This document shows, one piece after another, positions 56,026 to 64,000 of a DNA stretch of 64,000 nucleotides. The notes below the pieces were generated by a model that saw only the letters and a program-made list of their open reading frames with translations, was not told where the DNA came from and searched no databases. The DNA lies in the NCBI RefSeq assembly GCF_006345805.1, contig NC_043007.1, forward strand, positions 49,662,001 through 49,726,000, read 5' to 3'. Position 1 is the stretch's first letter. Each line of letters begins with the position of its first letter. The translations under genes and the position numbers were made by a program. This DNA is from Octopus sinensis (taxonomy: Eukaryota).

Positions 56026-56614
56026 TGGAGAGACCGACGTCATTTAATTCAAGAACTGAGTTGTAGTCATTGATCTGGTAAAAAATCTTGTGGATGGAGA
56101 GTTCGGAATACATTTGCTTCAGCTCTGACGGTTTAGTGGGTCCAAAGAGGGAATGAGGTATAATTTTTTACTCATCGTACATAAACGTGGAAGCTAATCG
56201 TCATGGCAGCTTGGGGAGCAAGTGTGGAAAACGGGTTGACCGCCATAATCATATTAAAATCGTCACATATAGCACATAGTGTAGCTGGGTATAGTGGACA
56301 CAACTAGGTTTCTCTATTACAATGTTTATTTGGTGAGTCAGCCGTGAATCTTTCAGCTTGACAGCGAATAGAATTATATTGCAAGAAAATCTGAATGCTG
56401 TAGAAACAAACAAACTTTCTACATCATAACTGACTCAAAAGTAAGATTACATGCCGCATGTAACTGGAATGATAGGAAAGACCAACAGTGATAGTAGTGA
56501 AGGTGGTTTTGATGTTTGTGAGGGCTTTGGTGATAATGATGCTGACGCAGTTGACGTTGTTATTAGTGGTTATTAGTGACGTTGTTATTAGTATTTCTAC
56601 TATAGGCACAAAGC

Positions 56615-56835
56615 TTGAATTTTAGTGTGAGGTGTAAGTCGAATACATCGACCCCAGTCGATGGTACTTATTTCATTGGTACTTATTCATTAACTGGTAC
56701 TTATTTCATTGACTCTGAAAGGATGAAAGGCAAAAGTCTAGCTCGGTGGAATTTGAACTCAGAACATAAAGACAGACTAAATGCTGTTAAGCGTTTTGCC
56801 TGGCGCGGTTACAATTCTGCCAGTTCGCTGCCTTA
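56615..56835 (-). mobile_element. SINE family C
   Basis: Reverse complement of the ggcagaatt...ctgagttcaaattcc family. Confidence 0.7.
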
Positions 56836-57170
56836 GTGGTAATAGTAACAATGATAATGACACTTACGTTGGTAATGGTGGCGGTGATGATAATGATGTT
56901 TGTGGCGGTGTGTCGTTGGTTATGTCTGTTATGTTCATGTTGTAAGAAACTGTTGTGATATAACGACTAGGTATGTTGGTGGTGGTGGTGGTGGTGGCGG
57001 TGGTGGAGGTGCAAGTGATGACATAGTAATTACGGTTGTGGTGGCGGAATCGGTAATTGATGTAAGTGGTGGGAACAACGAAAGTAATGGTTGTAGAGGA
57101 GTTAAACTAACAAACAAGAACGCACTTTCTCCTAATCTTTCTTACCTTAACTCTCTCTCTCTTCCGTCAA

Positions 57171-57237
<67 letters not shown>

Positions 57238-57795
57238 TGTGTGTATGTGTGTGTGCATGCGTGCGTGTGTGTGTGTGTGTGTGTGTGTGTATCCGTTAAC
57301 TCTCTCTCACATACGCACATACACCTCTCCACCTTCCTGCAGCCGTATGTTTTAGCTGATATGTTACTGCACGCGTGGAACGCATACTGGTGCAGTGGTC
57401 GGTAGAACATGAAGGATACCAGTTCTTGTGTTGATAAAGCTTTCTTTGTGTTGCCTTACCAGAAGTGATGTGTAGTGTGGTAAATCTGTATACATCTGAC
57501 TGTTGTAGGAATATTTACCTCGCTGACTACATTCTTACCTATATATAACTTGCTTTTTCAGAACTGATGCGGTAACATATTGAACGTCGCTCTGACAGAT
57601 AGAAATAGCCAATTAATCTCCCTCATAACCCTCGTTTAAAATGTTATAACAACAGGAAGGACGGATTTAAGAATGTAGTCCAAGAAATACAAAAACGACG
57701 AGACGATCAAAGGCCGAAATGCCTTTGATTTAGGTCTGATGAAATAGGCTTCAGTAAGAGATTCTACACGCATGCATGTATGTATGTGAATACGG

Positions 57796-57826
<31 letters not shown>

Positions 57827-57903
57827 TAAATGTGACCTCGTGTGTACCGTTGGCGATTTTTTTTCCTCTGTTTCCCCTTCTCGGGATCTTTCCTTCTCTT
57901 ATG

Positions 57904-57936
57904 TTTCCGACGAAGAGCTCCGCTCGAAACGTTAAA
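57904..57936 (+). ncRNA. minimal hammerhead-like motif
   Basis: ttt-CCGACGA-a-gag[ctccg]ctc-GAAA-cg-TT-aaa; U4>C, almost no stem III. Confidence 0.55.
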
Positions 57937-58851
57937 CCCTCCTTCTTCCCTTCTTTCCTGAACGTCCAATAACACTATATTTGTTCCACGTCCTCGCCTT
58001 GTTGTGTTTTTTGTGTTTTCTTGTTTGGATTAACTATATATATATATATACATACGTATGTATGTATGTATGTGTGTGTGTGTGTACATACACGCAGCTC
58101 CCTCTCCACACACACACACATATCAATTCAACAATTCAGAAGTTTTTTACTTTCTCCGTTTTCTTTCCCTTCTTCATTGTTTTCTTTTATCACCCCTTTC
58201 TATAAAAGAGCGTAAGCTCAAAACGTCAGACTTTCATATACATACATACATATGTACCTGTATGCATGTGTTTATGTATCTACCCACGCACGCGCGCGCA
58301 CGCACCCAACACATATTCCGATTGTCTCTCGAAATCCAGAATGACATAGTATCATCTAACATGGATTTTGATAATTATTATTTTAGATGTCTATGGAGTT
58401 GCAATCAGGCATTGACAATCAGTCTGCAGTCCTACATCTGACCAAACGGATTACACCACATGTGCTAACCGGAGGGGAAAATGAGTTGCACAACCACTCA
58501 ACTAGCAATCATTTCAGATGAACTGACAAGAACAAGTTGACTATTTGTTCTAGAAATTAAACCAACAATCTCATGATTACAAGCCCTATATCTTAACCTC
58601 TACATCACACCCTTTCACATATATACACAGGCATCGTGAAATAATAGGTTCAAAATTATACTGAAGTCGACCATGTAGAGTTTGTACTATAAATAGCGTG
58701 GCAGTTCTGTTACCTTCATCAAGGACTACCAAGGCGTCTCTGCCGATCGACAGGTATGAAGTTACCATGGGTTCAAATCATATGTCATCTGGGTAATTTC
58801 CATTCTTGTTCCTTCATATTTAGAGACCGTTGAAATGAAGTAAACGATGGG

Positions 58852-59232
58852 TTTATTACCTCTGCCATTTATTACCTCTGCATTCGCTAAGGCGGAGGTA
58901 TTGTTTTCAGTCGTGTTCGTTTGTTTGTCTGTGGACAAAATATCTCAAGAACCACTAGATTAATTCTGGTGAAGCTTTTAGGGATCTTTGACCTCGTGAC
59001 TGGCACGAACTGATTAGATTTTGGGATTGATCTGGTACCGGACAAGGATTCTGGATTATTTTTCTGTTCTTTTTATTTTTACTTAATTTTTGAGTGCAGT
59101 CAGGTTCATTTTTAGTATTCTCGTTTGTGAAGTTTAGATTATTTCAGTCGAGTTTATTTCAGATATTCTCATTTTAAAAATCATCTCTGGCTAATCGTTG
59201 GCGGAGGTTTGCGCTCTCTGAGTGTTCTTGTT
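58852..59232 (+). mobile_element. Helentron-associated non-autonomous element (HINE/DINE-1-like)
   Basis: 5' tttattacctctgc...ggcggagg subterminal repeat; 3' ggcggagg followed by the short palindrome gcgctc-tct-gagtgt and tt. Confidence 0.65.
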
Positions 59233-59499
59233 AAAAATGCACTATCAACGACTTCTTAACTCATAGACAGGTTAAATAAACTATCAAATGAAATTCTTAG
59301 TCCCAGTCAAAATGAATTTTGATATGTTTAAAATCATTTTAAAATGATAACCGTAAACAAATACTTACACACTCATAGACATGTATGTGAATGTGTGTGT
59401 GTTTATATAAAGAAAACTGACTGTCTACTCCGAGCTCGCTTACAATATGTATATATATAAATATGTATATGTATAAATATGTATATGTATAAAAATAAG

Positions 59500-59900
59500 T
59501 TTTATCTCACAAGAAGTATAAAAGATGAAGTTGAAAATGTTCACATGTCCTTAACCGGCTTCACAATTTTATGAATTTTTCAAAAGTCAGTGAAGCCATG
59601 TTTCAGCCCTGTTTAATCAGATATAAAACGAAATTTTCAAGCATATGACAAATACGTCAAGAGATTGAAAATTTGTTATTTTTCGAGAGCAATTTCAACC
59701 AAAGCAAACTGTATTTCAATTGATTGTAATTTAAGCAATAATCTCTTCGTAGAACGGAGCAAATTTCCATAATTCGGAGACTAAACTGTTATAGTGCCCT
59801 CTCCTGTCATACTACTTCGAAAATTATGAAAGAGTGAAATTAGTTAAGGACATGTGAAGAAATCTTTTTAAAGTCTCCAGATGCATTTTCAACTTTTTCT
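59500..59900. mobile_element. MITE-like element with imperfect TIRs
   Basis: gttgaaaatg..ttcacatgtccttaac versus gttaaggacatgtgaa..cattttcaact. Confidence 0.5.
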
Positions 59901-60719
59901 TCAGGCGCGCACACACTCACGCACACACACACTTTCTTTCTTTCTCCCCCCTCTCTCTCTCACACACACACTTTCTTTCTTTCTCCCCCTCTCTCTCTCA
60001 CACACACATAAACACATACCAGAGTATATTTAAAAATCATGTCAATGCGTGTTTCGTCTCTTTTCAAATCCCGTCGAAGTCGACTTTGATTTTGATCTTT
60101 CTTGGGTAGACAAAATAATACTAATTATTAGAATTCGAGTCATTGATTGCAGACTACTTTCTGTAAGCAGCGAATATATAACAAAACAGCAATCTGTTCA
60201 GTTATAGACATCTTCATAGGTCAAAGGGCACTGCATCTAAAACGATGAACAACATAAAACCCGTTGGTAATTTGTAACTCTGCTACAACTTAGATTTTTC
60301 TGAACCTTTAGTTCTAAGGCCATTCCGGATTATTGATTTTTCCGATCAAGGGCTAGTCACCTTGGTCAATACACTTTAAAATAATAAATATTAAATCTAT
60401 TTAAATGATCAAATGAAATACAAATATTTGTACGTTAGTAAAAATGATACAAATGTATTATTACTGCTAGGTATTAGTCGGCGTAAGATACCAGTAAACT
60501 AATCTGGCGAGTGCGGGAATTTGAAGTTCCTGCTCATAAATTAGTGTAGACTATAAGAGGTTCCAAACCATCAGTGTTTGGAAAATCGCGGTTGTAACTA
60601 CAAAAAGAAAAATATAATATATGAAACTATGGGATTTGAACTTAGAACGGTATGGATACAACAGTATTAAAGATTCTAAAACCCCCATCAAACATGTCTT
60701 CCCATAGTAAATATTAAAT

Positions 60720-60935
60720 ATTGGTTTCAAATTTTAGCTCGAGGCCAGTAATTTCAAGGAAGTAGGTCAGTCGATTACATTGACTTTAGAGTTCAACGGG
60801 TACTTATTTTATCAACTCCGAAAGGATGAAAGGCAAAATCGACCTCGGCAGAATTTGAACTCAGAACGTAAAAACGGATAAAATACTGCTAAGCATTTTG
60901 ATCGGCCTGCTAATGATTCTACCACCTCACCACCT
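60720..60935 (-). mobile_element. SINE family C
   Basis: Homologous to 56615-56835. Confidence 0.7.
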
Positions 60936-63149
60936 TAACAATACCAACTCTTAGAATTTATTCCAAGCACCTGCAATTAGTGATGAATATCTGTTGAATG
61001 CTGTTTAAAAACTGTCAGTAAAATTGGTGGTTTGTAATTAAAGACACTGGGTTTCAATTTTAGTTTCATTATTATTATTGTTGTTGTCGTGACGGTCGTT
61101 AATATCGTCGTTACAATTTTAGTTGTTACTGTTACTGTTTACATAAAATATCCGTTCAATTAAGTAAGAATTGTAAACTGCACGCATTGACATCCATATT
61201 TAATTATATATGTGTATGTATGTGTGTGTCGGCGAGTGTATGTGCAAATGTATGCGAGTGCATACATACATGCTCACATATATACACACATGTATATGTG
61301 TATATGTATATATGTATATATATATGTATGTATGCAGACATATATACACATATACATACATACCGAAACATTATCATGCGCACCGATATACATATGTACA
61401 CAGCGTATGTATACATATATGAGTCCGTATAAAGGTGAAGCCCTGAAATTATAAATCTATTTACCAATATAATTAGTTATACACACATGCTGCAGAAGAA
61501 AATAATGTACATATCCATACACACATTGGTGGAATCCACACAGAGAAAGTGAGAGAGTGAAAGAAGGAGAAAAGTAGAGAGAGGGAGAGAGTGAGAAAGA
61601 ATCATATTATTTTTAAGAAATTGATATCGTGAAATTACAACGTACATAAATTGTATTATTTAATAACTTAGTAAATGGATCTCCGCCGGTGTCGTCGATG
61701 AGTATTGCAGTTGTCTACTAGGTTCTACATCAAATTGTCTAAGTGGCTGAATATTCTACAGACATTTGTACATAATTCACAAATCGAATCAGTGAGGCAC
61801 AGTATGACAAGGATTTACCATTTGCATTACAAATACAGCCCAGTGTCCATTGTCCCCTTTCACACAATCTATCCCCATTCAATTTCCCTCTAAAGCTTGA
61901 GCCAATCCATAGCTAAGTTATGAGACATTTATACAAAGATATTACGCAATGAAATTGAACATTGGCCCTCAGTTATGCGAATCGAACTTCTAAACCATAC
62001 GACAGTGCCCACATCTATGGAATTATTTACGTTTATATACGTTTACGTAGCCAATTTGGAAGAGTCTATATAGCGTCGAAAAAACAAAAATGACTCTTTA
62101 CACTTTGAGTTCAAATCCCATAGGAATTAGCTTTTCCTTTGATCTTTAAGTAGTTGATAAATAAGACTCGACCCCAGTCTAAAGTTGGGGTTGGATTTTC
62201 TTCTTATCTTCTCTGCTTCTTATATTCTCTCTGTCTCTTGAAGAAATCGACTGTCAACAAATTTGTAGAGTTTGTTGACTCTTGGACTTCACTAATAGTA
62301 AAATTCCACGAGTAATTGTCTGTCATGACGGTGCCCCTAATACTCTATCAATAATGGGGCAAGACAAAGTGAGAAGTGTTTATATGCTTAAGCAATACCT
62401 TTTCTTAACGTAAAACTCTTGTTTTGTTTGTGAGTATATTTCATTAGTCAAGATATGTTGGTACGTAGTACTGAATTGAAATACTATATTCTTCTGAAGA
62501 TGTGGTGTCTCAATCCTGTTATGAGATTCCTTATCTAATTATCATTGCATAACATACCAGTATTCGCTAGTGAAATACGTGTAAAATTAAATAATTCATG
62601 ACATTAAAACACTTAAACTCTTTTTGATTCTAGGCTAGTTGAAATATGTTTATCACGTACTTCAACTGCCAAAAGGCAAATACACTGCAGTTACGGCGGG
62701 GAGAAAGTCTTTCTTATAGTAAAATGTGTAAAAATTCGTTCAGTGTCGCCATCTATTAGGAATTTCAGACATCGATATTTTGTGGGTTTTTTTTTTACTC
62801 TTGTCAATGAGATGTACCTAAGAAAGGCAACTCTGAATGAAGTTAATGAAGTCGTAGCTTTATATATATTTCAGTTAACACGTTGACTAATTTGCGCCAG
62901 TAGATCATCCGATCGAGGTAAACAACGAAGCGTTCGCGCAAAGCAGCATTTAGGTATGAGCAGAATTTAGGCTAATTGAAATATGTTTGTTATATATTTC
63001 AACTGCTAAAAGGCAAATTCACTGCAGTTACCGTGGAGAAAACATCACTCTTATGGTAAAAAGGTGTGAACATCTGCAAATGGTAAACATCGCAAAGATG
63101 TTCCTGGGTCTCACGAGGTTTCGGGCGTTTCAACATCAGATTGCTTCGC

Positions 63150-63745
63150 TCACTTTACCCAACCGAGATTGATTAAATCCAGCTTTCATCCCAGTTGCAG
63201 CAGCAAACCACTGAAGTTTCATTTTTATCCCAAGCTTCAGTGAAAAAATTTATTGCCCTCCTCATTGCTACGTTTGTAACTCCAAGCTTAGTTAGAGCGT
63301 TGCAGAATGAATGTCCCACAAAATTTTGACAGGCCACTTCTATTGCCTTGCACCAAACCTGACAGTCCCGATTTCTGCACTGTTCTACTAACTACTGGTA
63401 TTGGATAAATTTTCTCTTGTGATTTTTTTCATGTTACTCTCCTAGTGCAAGGTTAGCTCACACATGATAACCTATTTATTGGCATTTGAGATCCTCACGT
63501 CTAGGCGGAGTGTCGTTGGCATGATGTGGTCTGCGAACGTTAATCGTTCCACAGTAAGTTGCCAGTCTGAGGAGGAAATGTCATACTTTCTCTTTGATGC
63601 TTTCCAGTTTAGAGGATTTGAGAAGGAGTTCAAGCCTGAATGATTATCACCAGGTCTCTCCTCTATTCCTCTGCCACTTGCAACGCTTGGCAGCCCTCCA
63701 CTTCCTAGCTATGGTAGCTTCAATGTCATATCCTGCTTCTTTTGA
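63150..63745 (-). pseudogene. Hero/NeSL-like LINE REL-domain 3' fragment
   Basis: DWQLTV...HIMPTTLRLDV...VIMCELT...IEVACQNFVG...LG...RRAI. Confidence 0.7.
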
Positions 63746-64000
63746 GTCACAGAAATTACTCACTCACTCACTCACTCACTCACTCACTCACTCAATCACC
63801 CTCTCACTCACTCAATCACTCATCCATTCACTTGTGTGTGTGCGTGCGTGTATGTATGTATGTATCTTTCTATACACACAGAGAGGAAAAGACAAAGCGA
63901 GCGAGAAAAAAGGAGGGATAGTGAGTGAGAGGGAGGGAGAGAGAGATTTCTCGCACGAACACACACAATATACATACACTGGTGAATGGGATACTTTCCA

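Noticed and set aside
58387-58760. Exon-like ORFs (MSMELQSG..., RGSSVTFIKDYQ...)
   Set aside because: Another frame gives VQNYTEVDH...W, resembling the CR1/L2 post-endonuclease motif; more likely an old LINE remnant.

Overview
AT-rich, microsatellite-saturated animal DNA whose repeat families (tRNA/CORE SINEs with internal microsatellites, R4/Dong, RTE, Tx1-L1 and Hero LINEs, Penelope-like elements, Helitrons, Tc1/mariner) look cephalopod, probably Octopus; that assignment is by recognition, not a search. No intact host gene is evident, and most long ORFs in the track are translated microsatellites or decayed TEs. The main signal is a set of type I hammerhead ribozyme (HHR) motifs, about four with canonical cores and about eight minimal or degenerate, nearly all in termini derived from Penelope-like elements (PLEs). 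Many lie in fold-back structures with the HHR pointing outward, nine of them between 40.6 and 51.2 kb. The best case (49801-51189) has 344-bp near-identical inverted arms with a complete HHR in each. Three other HHR-like motifs show a U3-A8 pair in place of C3-G8. Also present: an RT-deleted Tx1 LINE, Helitrons with internal cargo, and a TSD-bounded, internally deleted Gypsy-type LTR element with a tRNA-Trp PBS.
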